Origin: Squalus acanthias
Lineage: Eukaryota
DNA: 64,000 bases
NCBI GenBank assembly: GCA_030390025.1
Contig: CM059452.1
Span: 8,432,001 to 8,496,000 of the forward strand
Direction: 5' to 3'
A program made the position numbers and the translations under genes. The notes beneath the pieces were generated by a model, which worked only from the letters and a program-made list of their open reading frames with translations, did not search any database and was not told the DNA's origin. Positions 11,157-22,879 of the stretch are shown here, one piece after another. Within the stretch, counting starts at the first letter, position 1, and each line of letters opens with the position of its first letter.

Positions 11157-12028
11157 CACAGTGATACAGAGCACGGAGAGAGCCGTACAAAAACGTGAAC
11201 ATGGTGGGATTACAGACACACAGTGATACAGGGCACGGAGAGAGCCGTACAAAAACCTGAACATGGTGGGGATTACAGACACACAGTGATACAGAGCACG
11301 GAGAGAGTTCACAAACCTGAACATGGTGGGGATTACAGACACACAGTGATAGAGAGCACGGAGAGAGTTCACAAACCTGAACATGGTGTGGATTGCAGAC
11401 ACACAGTGATACAGAGCACGGAGAGAGTTCACAAACCTGAACATGGTGGGGATTACAGACACACAGTGATACAGAGCACGGAGAGAGTTCACAAACCTGA
11501 ACATGGTGGGGATTACAGACACACAGTGATACAGAGCACGGAGAGAGTTCACAAACCTGAACATGGTGGGGATTACAGACACACAGTGATACAGAGCACG
11601 GAGAGAGTTCACAAACCTGAACATGGTGGGGATTACAGACACACAGTGATACAGAGCACGGAGAGAGTTCACAAACCTGAACATGGTGGGGATTACAGAC
11701 ACACAGTGAGAGAGAGCACGGAGAGAGTTCACAAACCTGAACATGGTGGGGATTACAGACACACAGTGATACAGAGCACGGAGAGAGTTCACAATCCTGA
11801 ACATGGTGAGGATTACAGACACACAGTGATACAGAGCACGGAGAGAGTTCACAAACCTGAACATGGTGGGGATTACAGACACACAGTGATACAGAGCACG
11901 GAGAGAGTTCACAAACCTGAACATGGTGGGGATTACAGACACACAGTGAGAGAGAGCACGGAGAGAGTTCACAATCCTGAACATGGTGAGGATTACAGAC
12001 GCACAGTGATACAGAGCACGGAGAGAGA
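11157..12028 (+). repeat. Tandem array of 15 RSS-containing ~60-bp units
   Basis: cacagtg at 11157, 11219, 11282 and every 60 bp to 12002; unit 1 has 23 bp + acaaaaacg, unit 2 has 23 bp + acaaaaacc, units 3-14 mostly 22 bp + acaaacctg. Confidence 0.95.
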
Positions 12029-12769
12029 AAAAATATTCTTCTTGGATGCATTCTGGACGAATCTTCGCGTTTTACCCTACAGAAACAACGGATTAATCCC
12101 ATCAAGTCTACACTCTTCTTATCGCTCCTCCCACCCTTTAATATTTCCTTCTTTCGAATCTCCTATCCAATTCCCCAGTTAAAATATTTGATGCATTTAT
12201 TCCACATTTTCACTTCCTTCTGTGTAAATAATTGTTTTTCTCAACTGAAACATTTATGTTTTGCCGAGTGATATTTCACCCTCGGGGTTATATTTATTGT
12301 CCGCCTGTTTTCAAAGTTTCATCTTTCCTTTTCTTTGGTTCAATCCGTCTTTCAACGCTTGGGTTGATGAGCGGTCACCACCTCCTGGGATTTCCCGGAT
12401 TTGGTGTGTAATCTGCTCAGAGACTCTCTCCGCTCAACAGGACACCCGCAGTCTGTCCGGACCAACAACCCGGCCAGCTCCCGACTGAAGGAGTTTGGGT
12501 TCGATTCACTGAGTTAATGACTCGGCCATGGAGGGCTGAGGATCCCACAATTCACAGCGGCAGGGAAAAAGGCCCATTGTGACACGGGCTGCGCTGCACT
12601 CTGGGAGAACTGTCCGCAAATTTGCACCTCAGAAAACCTTTTAATGACAACCATTTTATTCTCTCTTATTCCAGAATTTCACTTTAATCGATTAAGATCG
12701 AGCATTTATTTTGATGGAAACTGATGTAAATTTGTTTTTCAATCGCGCAGCGGTTATACGTCACACAAA

Positions 12770-13830
12770 CATTACCGACTCCATGTCACACAAACATGGC
12801 CAACGCAGGTTTGCCCTGCAGTTGATGACGCCATAATATCTCAGCATGTCACAGCAACGTTATTGGCGGTTTCCCCCATTGATTCAGGGTTAGGAGATCA
12901 CGGGGCGTCTCCAGCCTCCGCTCAGCGCTAAAGAGCCCCAGTTTGTGGCACCTGTGACCCCTGACTCAGTCCTATGAACCCGAGGACGGGCGGGGGCAGC
13001 ACGGGGCCTCTTAAAGGGACACTGCACTCCATGAGAATCACCGAGCCCGGAGTCAGTGAGAGCCTGGGAACAGGGATGTGAGACGAGGGTGATATTGGAT
13101 GGGATGGCGGCCCCGGATAGGGGGAGGGGTGAGAAATGTTGGCAGAGACGGAGTTAAAGCACCAACTCCATACATTCACAATCTTCCTTCAGACGGTCTG
13201 TTAATTCTTCTCTCTCTTAACCCGATGTCATATTCAACTGTGGGAGACCTCACGCCTGAATTCAAGGAGTTTCGAAGAGAAGCAGAACCGCATTTGAAGG
13301 AAAATGCCAGAAGATACTCGGGCCTGGCCAGAAACCTCTGGAGATGTTCACGTGGCACGGTGTCACCGAACTAATCTGATGAGATGGTGAAGGACGTGGA
13401 GCGAAAGTTCAAGGAAACAGGGAACAAAGATCTGAAGGTCACTGCGGATCTCGGAGGTGATGTTCAGTGAGTTCAGGTCGATGGTATGAGAGGGAACGGA
13501 GGAAAGCAGAGAGAAAGGATCCCTGAGGTGATGTTCAGTGAGTTCAGGTAGATGCTTGGAGAGGGAATGGAGCAAGAACAGGGAGAACGGATCCCTATGG
13601 TGATGTTTAGTGAGCTCAGGGAGATGATGTCAGAGGGAATGGAGCAGAGCAGGGAGAAATGTCGTCAGGGAAACAGGAGACAGAGGGCCAGGGTGAATGG
13701 GTGTGGCTGAGATTGAAGAAGGCTTGGAAGTGGTTACCCCAGTGCTGGGCCTACTTTGCTCCTTTGCTCTGTGTGGACCAATTGAACTCGGGTCTCCTTT
13801 AAAGGGGCGATTCCAAAACAAAAATATATT
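12770..13830 (+). repeat. ~1.1-kb V-associated segment, copy 1, with an interrupted small ORF (13225-13470)
   Basis: Reverse-complement similarity to 37880-38990 along its length; ORF has an in-frame TAA at 13372. Confidence 0.8.
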
Positions 13831-14104
13831 CCACTAGTGCCCACCCGAGAGGAGGGCTCCACTCGCACACTTGGCCTGAACAAAACTAAAATTATATTCC
13901 ATTAGAATTTGATTTTATCACAAACTTTATCTAGTTGTGCCCACTGGACGCAGAAGGCTCCAAATGTGTCTGTGGACACCGCGCGATCCCTCATCTCCTC
14001 TCCCTCAAATACAGTCTAAAAGCTGGAGAGATGCCGTGTCAGATAGGCCCCAGGCTCTGGGAATCATCCCCAGGGTTTGTGCTTCCTGGTGCATCTGTGT
14101 CAGA

Positions 14105-14916
14105 TATCTATCCCGTGATGTCCCTGCCCTGGGAGTGTTTGATGGGACAGTGGATAGGGACCTTTACTCTGTATCTAACCCGTGCTGTATCTTCCCTGGG
14201 AGTGTTCGATGGGATAGTGAAGAGGGAGCTTTACTCTGTATCTAACATGTGCTGTACCTGCCCTGGGAGTATTTGATGGGGCAGTGGATAGGGACCTTTA
14301 CTCTGTATCTAACCCGTGCTGTACCTGCCCTGGGAGTGTTTGATGGGACAGTGTACAGGGAGCTTTACTCGATATCTAACCTGTGCTGTACCTGCCCTGG
14401 GAGTGTTTGATGGGACAGTGTATGGGAGCTTTACTCTGTATCTAACCCGTGCTGCACCTGCCCTGGGAGTGTTTGATGGGACAGTGTATGGGAGCTTTAC
14501 TCTGTATCTAACCCGTGCTATACCTTCCCTGGGAGTGTTTGATGGGACAGTGTAGAGGGAGCTTTACTCTGTATCTAACCCGTTCTGTACCTGCCCTGGG
14601 AGTGTTTGATGGGAGAGTGTAGAGGGAGCTTTACTCTGTATCTAACCCGTGCTGTACCTGTCCTGGGAGTGTTTGATGGGACAGTGTAGAGGGAGCTTTA
14701 CTCTGTATCTAACCCGTGCTGTACCTGCACTGGGAGTGTTTGATGGGACAGTGTAGAGGGAGCTTTACTCTGTATCTAATCCGTGCTGTACCTGCACTGG
14801 GAGTGTTTGATGGGACAGTGTAGAGGGAGCTTCACTCTGTATCCAACCCGTGCTGTAACTGCCCTGGGAGTGTTTGATGGGACAGTGTAGAGGGAGCTTT
14901 ACTCGATATCTAACCT
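14105..14916. repeat. 67-bp shark minisatellite (ctgccctgggagtgtttgatgggacagtgtagagggagctttactctgtatctaacccgtgctgtac)n
   Basis: About 12 units abutting the JH; degenerate copies at about 18435-18720 and, inverted, about 37365-37540. Confidence 0.95.
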
Positions 14917-14966
14917 ATCTATCCTCGACTACTGGGGACAAGGCACCACGGTGACGGTGATTGCAG
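14915..14966 (+). other. IgH JH segment lacking an RSS
   Basis: LSILDYWGQGTTVTVIA then gtgaga donor (phase 1); WGQG motif; no cactgtg or ggtttttgt upstream. Confidence 0.9.
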
Positions 14967-15009
14967 GTGAGAACCATTCACTCTTTCAATAACTGTTGTA
15001 TTTGTGTCT

Positions 15010-16270
15010 TTATTTTATATTTCTGTTTATTTCAGCAATTCATTCATTCCCTGAAACTTGTGTTCGCGGGGTTCTGTTTTGAGATTTTTTGCAATGCTTC
15101 ATTTGATTCTGCTGAAACGGGTTCATAGAATTAAACTGCTTCTTCAGAAAAATATATTGTTGAGGGATTGAGCCCCTGATTGATGTGATTTGGTGTTTAT
15201 CTGCTGATGAGACCGGGCGCCTGGGTTACTTTAAATACCCAACGGTTGTTGAACTGTTTGGCGATTCTACAATGTTTAATCTGGGTGAGAACTAATGGTT
15301 GCCGGTTTTCTGATCAAATGTAAAAATTTCTGTGACTAAATGTGTTTGAAATAAGATTGTAGGCAGAAAATAGAAAGCTTTAGCGGTCAAAAATATTTTA
15401 AAGATATTTTGACGTATTTCTATTTGTGATATTTACATTATCATCTATTAATCTAATGTCCACCAACGGTCATATTCAATACATGAAATGTTACTGTAAT
15501 TTATAACTAAATAATTAACAAATTTGTTGCCTGAATCAGTTCTAAATTAATATAAATTAAATTAATTTATTGTAGTAATATCACCCAATATTACAATAAT
15601 ATGCTATATCAATTTAAATTTATTAAACATGATCCGTCTACTCACAATTCCGCTGTCATTATTTTATATTTATGTTTATTTCAATAATTAATTCGTTAGG
15701 TGATAGATGGGTTCGCTGGATTCTGTATTGAGATTTTTTTGCAATGTTACATTTGATTCTGCTGAAAGGGTTTATAGAATGAAGCTGCTTCTCCACAAAA
15801 CGTTCTGTTGCGGGATTCAGCCCCTCAGTGATGTGATTTGCTGTTTATCTGCTGAGGAGAGTGTGTGCCTGGGTTACTTTGAATAACTAAAGTTTGTGAA
15901 ACTGTTTGGAGTTTCTGCAATGTTTAATCTCGGTGACATCGAACTGCTGCAGGTTTTCACATCTGTTTAAAACTGTTTGAAAGATGATTGTCGGCAGACA
16001 TCGTGTAGGTTTTATAAATCAAAAATCATTTTAAAATAATTTAATGCATGTTTTGATTTAAGTGAGAGTTACAGATTCAACTATTAATCTATGGTTTACG
16101 GTGCTCACATTTAACAGGTGAAATATTACTAAATTACGAATTATATAATTAACAATTGGCAGGTTGAAGGAGAGTTAAATTAATATAACTCAAACGATTA
16201 TAATGCGGTAATATTGCCCAATATCACTCAATATGCTGTAGTATTAATATTAATGTATTAAACATTATTC
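15010..16270 (+). repeat. Old ~650-bp tandem duplication in the AT-rich JH-Cmu intron
   Basis: 15010-15620 aligns by eye with 15660-16270 (e.g. gagattttttgcaatg..catttgattctgctgaaa..gcctgggttacttt). Confidence 0.75.
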
Positions 16271-18831
16271 ACCTTCCATAATTCTGCTCTAAACTGGTCA
16301 CAATTAACCTGAGCGGAGAATTTTAAAGGCTGGAGACAATTTCTGATTATGTCTGAAATTATTTTAATAACAGCAGACTGATTCCACCGCAGTGTTCAGT
16401 TTAATGAGGGGTTTGAAATTAATTGTTATCTCCCTATTTTACACAGATGACTGACAGATTGTATTTAATTATGCATTAAATGCGAGTTGTAAATAGCAGT
16501 TCGTAAATGTAATAAATCTGCCGGGTTATTAAATTCTTACTGAACAGCGGAAACCATTTTATTCCTTCAATATTATTTGTTGTTTGATAGCGAGACAATT
16601 ATCACTAAACTAATCTTAAACAGTTTGTAAGATCTCAGGCTGAGCGGTCGCTGGCAGTCAAATAATTGTTCATATAATTCCATTTAAAATCAAGGAAGGT
16701 GCCGACTGCGAAAGGCTGGAGACAAAAATTGACATTCAAGTAGATTAATTTAATTACAAAAGGTTAATATTAGTTTTGAATTTAATAACAACATCCTGTC
16801 TCCTATAACTGTGCTGTACACGGGATAGAATTTTGACAGTGAACAGATTACATCTGAGAGTTTTGTTTAATTCTCATTAATGTTAAATTGATCGACAAAA
16901 TCTCTCCTCCATTTGCTCATTAAATTTCAGTGTCGCAGATGGTCTGATTGATTTGTTCTCCGCCAGTTTTACATTAATCATTCTGGAACTGATTTTCAAT
17001 AAATTGCAGAATATATTTAATAATTAATTTACGGGCATTGTGTGAATTACTGGAGTAAAATATAAAAATATTGTCTGTGTTATTAAATAGCGGAGGCTCT
17101 GTTACTGACTACAAACTGGCCGGTTGTCTTTTAATTCATAAAAATAGTTTTTTATAGCTAAGATTGAGGATAATGTTTAAACTCGAGAGCCCTGCTTTAG
17201 TAAACATACGGTGTTACAGCTCATCGGTAGTTAGTGAGATGTGACCACGGCCAGACTTTGAACTATTTAAAATAGTCCACTCCTAAATGCATCATGTGAA
17301 ATCCACTCTGAGAAAAGATGGAGTTTTGTTTTGTATCAGAGAGTTCAGAAACATACAGAGTTTGCAAGTGTTTAGATAGAGAGCGGGAATGTATTAGAAG
17401 TTCGTGAGCATTTTAACTTATTCAAATGTGATTTGAATTAAGTAAAAATAATATATTTGTCTGAATGTCTTTATCTATTAACATGATTCTTCTTATTTTA
17501 ATATTGATAAATGCCATGTTAATTTAATTGAAGCCATAATAGTTCACAAGTTACCAGGCAGAAACAGGATTAAAATTAATTTTACCTAATTTTATAACAA
17601 TCCAGTATAACATCAGCTAACATCAATATTAAATTAGAGTATAATATCAGTGCGAATTTATTAGACATAAATGACCTCCCACAATTGCGTTGTACACTGG
17701 ACAGGATTACGGTTACTGCAAAATCTCAAGGGTTGGAGAGAATTTTAAATTATGTCTAAAATTAATTTAGAAACAATACAAGTCTTACTCAGCTGTGCTG
17801 AGCTCGAGAAGGTGTCGTCGCAGATTTTAATGAATTAACTTCGTGTTTTGCCTCGATCATTTTTCAGGTTATATTTAATGATGAAATTATATTAACCCAG
17901 TGGGTAATCGGTTTTCAGTGTAAATGTCTCCTGATTTGTTAAATTCTTGCTCTGTCACGGAGTCCCTGTTATATGCAGCAAATTACCCTGGAATGTGAAT
18001 TATTTCAGTAAACTTGTTTTCAGGGAAACAAAATCTTACTCGGTTTGTAAGATTGTAGACAGGGAGGGGGAAATGGTTGGAAGTCGAAGAGAGCTTTTCA
18101 AATTAATACCAGTTTAATTTCAAAAAACGTGCAGACATGAGGTGATAGTTTGAACAGATCTATCTGCCGAGAACACGATTGTTGCACCGTTTGTGTCTGT
18201 TCTGTTTCTGTGCGCCTGCTCACTGTCTGAGAATCAGGAGTCCTCCTGACTGGTTATAAACCTACTGGTTTATTCCCTTATGGAGTACAATTCGACTCAT
18301 TTATTTCAGAAGCTTGTATCCGGGAGAAATGCGACAGCTGGACGTTACGTTTGAGGAGGCGTCTCAGAAATGTGATCAGTAACCCAGTTTCAGACAATCA
18401 GAAGGAGCATTTCAGAAACACTTCTGGCAGACTGCAGAGGGAGCTTTAGTCATTTTCTAACCCGTGCCGTACCTTTCCTGGGAGTGTTTGATGGGACAGT
18501 GTAGAGGGAGCTCCACTCTGTATCTAACCCGTGCTGTACCTGCCCTGGTAGTGTTTTATGGGGCAGTGGGCAGGGAGAATTTACACTCTACTTAACCAGT
18601 GCAGTACTTTACTGAGAGTGTTTGACAGTGCCGTGTAGACTTGGTTTTGCTCGCAATCAATCCCTTGCTATACCTAACCTTAAAGCATGGCAGGTCAGTG
18701 CAGAGGGAGCTTTACTCTATATTACCTATACTGTAACAGACCTGAAAGTGCTTTGTCCCGTGTTGTTCAAGGATTCTTAATCTGCATCCAACTAATAAAG
18801 TGTGAGTTCTCAAGCCGGATATATAAAAATG

Positions 18832-18960
18832 TTCTGATGAAAGGTCATCGACCTGAAACGTTAACTCTCTTTCTCTCTCCACGGATGCTGCCTGGCCTGC
18901 TGAGTTTTTCCAGCGTTTTCTGTTGTTATTTCGGATTTCCAGCATCCGCAGTATTTTGCT
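18832..18960 (+). mobile_element. Penelope-like terminal fragment with a minimal hammerhead-like motif (second copy 44948-45050)
   Basis: ctgatga-a-aggtc-atc-gacct-gaaa-cgtt followed by ctctctccacggatgctgcctggcctgctgag. Confidence 0.55.
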
Positions 18961-19629
18961 ATCGTATATAAAAAAAACCTTTCCATAGCTCCGATGAAAC
19001 AACCGCGCATTAATTGATTTTAACCTTATTACAAAAAACACTGCCCAATTATTAATGAATTGATAAACTTTAAACATTTTGAGTATCAGATAATGATTTA
19101 ATGAGATTGACCTGATCCTGAGCTCACTTTCAGAACAAACAGTTTCAGGAAGTGACTGTAACGCTCCAGAAAGCAGCGCCTGTTCTGATCTGATGGGAGG
19201 CTGGTTATTATTTTGACAATTTAAATGGAGAATGTCGAGACTCCCGCTCCAAATAACCATCCTGGGAACATTATGTTTGAAAGCATTATTTCATTCAATT
19301 GTTTTTAAAAAGGTACCAGGCCGGGACAAACTCGGGTGAGGTGCAGCTATTGGACTGGGTCACAGCACAAGGCTCACAGTCACTGAGCCGCACCTCTGTG
19401 AAACATTTAAAGAGAAACAGTCAGCCTGCGATGAGTCGTCATTCACAATAAGCTTTAAGACTCTGTGACGGGATCCGATTGAATCATTTTTGAGACAAAT
19501 TCCACAGTTCCTTTATTTTAAATATCCTCTTGTATTATAAGAAACAATAAAATAGATCAGATAGAGGTGTTCAACATTATGAAGCGTTTCCTTCCATTAA
19601 ATCGGGAAGAACTAATTCCGCTGACCCGT

Positions 19630-20760
19630 GTTGAATCACAGAATCTCAGAGCACAGAAGGGGCCATTCGGCCCGTCTTGCCTGTGCTGGCTCTGAAAGAG
19701 CTGTCCAATCACGTCCCAGCTTTTTCCTCGTAACCCTGCAAATGAGTCTCTTCAAGAACATGTCCAGTTGCCTTGTGTATTCCAGAACTTAACAACCCTC
19801 CTCATTTCCGCTCTAGTTCTTTTGCCAATTATTTTAATCTGTGACCTTTGGTTACCGACCTGCTCGCCAGAGGAAACCGTGTCTCCCTATTTTCTCTGAC
19901 AAAACCTCTTACAATTTTGAACACCTCCATTAGGTCTCCCCTTAACTTTCACTGCTCCAAGGAACAATCCCAGTTTCTCCAATCTATCCGCATAACTGAA
20001 GTCTCTCATCCCTGGTCTCATCCTGGTCAACCTCCTCTGTACCCTCTTCAAGGCCTTGTCATTCTCCCTAAATTTTGGTGGTCAGAATTGTATACCCTAC
20101 TTCATCTGATGCCTAACCAGTGATTTGTAAAGTTTTAGCATGACTTCCTTGTTTTTTGTATTCAATACCCCCTTTACAATGGCAAGTATCCCAACACACT
20201 TCTGTAACCGCCTGATCATCTTGCCCTGCCACCTTCAAAGATTTGTGACTATGCACCCCAAGGTCCCTCTGCTCTTGCACCACCCTCTGGATTATACTGT
20301 CTCTCCCTGTTATTCCTCCAAAAGTGAATCACTTAACACTTATCTGCATTAAATTGCATCAGCCACATGTCTGCCCATTTCACCAGTCTGTCTATGTCCT
20401 CCTGAAGTCCGCTGCATTCCGGCTCACTAGTTACCACGTTGCCAAGTTTTGCATCATCTGCCAATTGGAAACTGTACTCCCTATAAACAGTTCCAGGTAA
20501 TTTATATATAAAAAAGGAAAAGCAATCGTCCTAACACCGACCTTAGGGACCCCACTGCATACTTTCCTCCAGTCAGAAAAACATCCGTTCCCTGCCTCCT
20601 CTCCCTCAGCCAGTTACATACCCAAGTTACCTCCATGCCTTTAATCCCATGGGCTTCTATTTTCCGAATAAGTCTTGTATGAGATACTTTATCAAATGCC
20701 ATTTCAAAGTCTATATGTACAACATCTACTGCAATACCATCATCAACCCTCTCTGTTACT
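19630..20760 (-). mobile_element. Decayed CR1 LINE fragment
   Basis: AFDKVSHTRLIRKIEAHGIKG and a CR1 3' end. Confidence 0.8.
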
Positions 20761-22555
20761 TCACACTGTTGACCGAGCTTTCAGTATCTGACCAATAAGC
20801 CGCAGGTATTTGAGTTATCCGCACAAACCAGAAGCCAGAGTTGCCCACATCAGCAGTCAGCACATTAGTTATTGTTTGTCCATCTTTGCATAGAACCCAC
20901 TGATACCCAATCAAGTTACAATGTTTAAGGATTGCCAATATTAGATATTTGGAAAAGAAATCTCTCCCGATGTTTAGATTATGTTCGGTACAAACAGCAA
21001 CAAGAAGTGACTGTAACGACCCAGGAAGCAGCGCCTGTTCTCACTGGTGGGAGGTTGGAAAGTAATTTAGAAAATGAAATGGAGCATTTAAAGAGCATCG
21101 TTGCATATAACCGGCTTTGGGAATCGTATATAATTCGGATAATTTAATTGAGTGAGTGGGAGGAGGAAAGTCAGGAGACATCCATTCAGTAGAATGGGAC
21201 AGAGGACAAGTCACACTGCATCGGTCTTCCTCCAATTCTGAGAAGGAAAGAGAGAGACTAGAATCAATCCCGATTCATCTAAATCTTGAATCTTAGAAAC
21301 CAAGCTGTGCAAAAGTTCCCTATTCAAATCTGTGCGCTAAATTATTCCGTTCACATTTTGAAGGAGACTTCAACCATTTATTGTAAACGTCCTTTATTGT
21401 CATGGGAACAAAGAAGATTTAGAGGAGGTCTGATAGAGGGGATTTTCGAATTATGAAGGGTTTTATGAAGGGATTCGGGAAACATATTTCCCCGGGTCGG
21501 TGAGTTGGTGAGTAAATGGCACTGATTGAAAATCAGCAGCAACAGAATAAAGGGAGAGGTTTTATTCTACTTTTCTACACAGGGGGCTGTTAATCATAGG
21601 ATGTCCTATCAGAAAGAGGGCTGCATGTAAAATCCACAATAGCTCGATAAAATTGAACATTTGAGAAGAAGATTGGAAATTGGAAGGTACACGGGATTGG
21701 TGGAGAGACCTTTCAGAGGTGTGATCGGCCGAATAGCCTCCTTCTGTGCTGTAACGTTGTATTATTTTATAATTCTGGTCATGCTTTATTAACGATGCTG
21801 GGATTTGTTTTAAAGGTAACACAACTAGTAGATCTAGCTGTAGGAGTTGTGTGCTTAGGAGAACTAACCCCACCGCTATTCAAACAAGTCTATCCCCTGA
21901 AAACAACAACTTGCATTTAATTAGCGCCTTTAACGTAGTAAAACGTCCCAAGACGATTCACAGGAGCGTCAGCATATAGAATCTGACACCGAGCCACATA
22001 AGGAGATATCATTTTTATTTCTTTAGTATGGTTGGTAGTTATACTGACAGTTGACCAAAAGTTTGGTGAAAGAGGTAAGTTTTAAGGCAGCATCTTACAA
22101 TGGAGAGAACACGACACTTTGATATCATGGAATGGCCTGATTCTGTGCTGATAATAAGAGGCTGACAGCAAAAGGATGTAGGGAGGAGCTCAGTGGACAG
22201 AATGTGAAAGAATCTAATGTGAAAGTGGTTGGGGAATGAGGGGAGTGTTCCACAACAGGGAATCAAGAGCTGGAGGAAGTCCACGAAACAATATTCCGGC
22301 ATTCACTCGGTATAAAGGGGCCTCATGGACAGAATGCTCCTTTCAGACTCCTGACATCTCTTATGTACAAGACTGGAGTCACATGAAGGCGTTTCACGTC
22401 GGGTCTCACAACTCACAGAAACTCAAATGCTGATCTAGGTTTGGATCGGCAAATGGTGGAATTAGTTCATTCTGTAGTCACATTTCGAGTTCTTTGGTTA
22501 TGTTATAAGCACGGATTACAGAGTCTAACTTGTTCAATTGGCCATTCTTTCCCAG

Positions 22556-22855
22556 CGACACAGTCTCCTCCCACCCTCTACGCCCTGCTCTCCTCCTGTG
22601 AACAACCCAACACCGGCGGCCCCGTCACGTACGGCTGTTTGGCGATGGACTACTTCCCGGAAATCACCAGCCTTTCCTGGAGTAAAGATAAAGAGCCGAT
22701 CACCACTGGATTGAAGACCTACCCGTCAGTGTTCAACAAGCAGGGCACCTACACCCTGAGCAGCCAGTTAACCATCACAGAGTCAGAGGTGGGGAGCAGC
22801 GCCATCTACTGCCAGGTTCGACGAAGTGGGTCGGACTGGAGCGTCCAAATGCGAG
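22556..22855 (+). CDS. IGHM: IgM heavy chain Cmu1 exon
   Basis: [100 protein letters not shown]; ag/gt borders, phase 1; shark mu CH1-like. Confidence 0.95.
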
Positions 22856-22879
22856 GTTAGTGTTGTGGGATACAGGGGG

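Noticed and set aside
11157-12028. CRISPR array or 300-324 aa proteins
   Set aside because: Units are head-to-tail with no unique spacers, the context is vertebrate with no cas genes, and the ORFs arise because the 60-bp unit is a multiple of 3
12030-14100. DH or VH segments for the IgM gene
   Set aside because: No heptamer-flanked D, VH framework motifs or ATGCAAAT promoter found by eye
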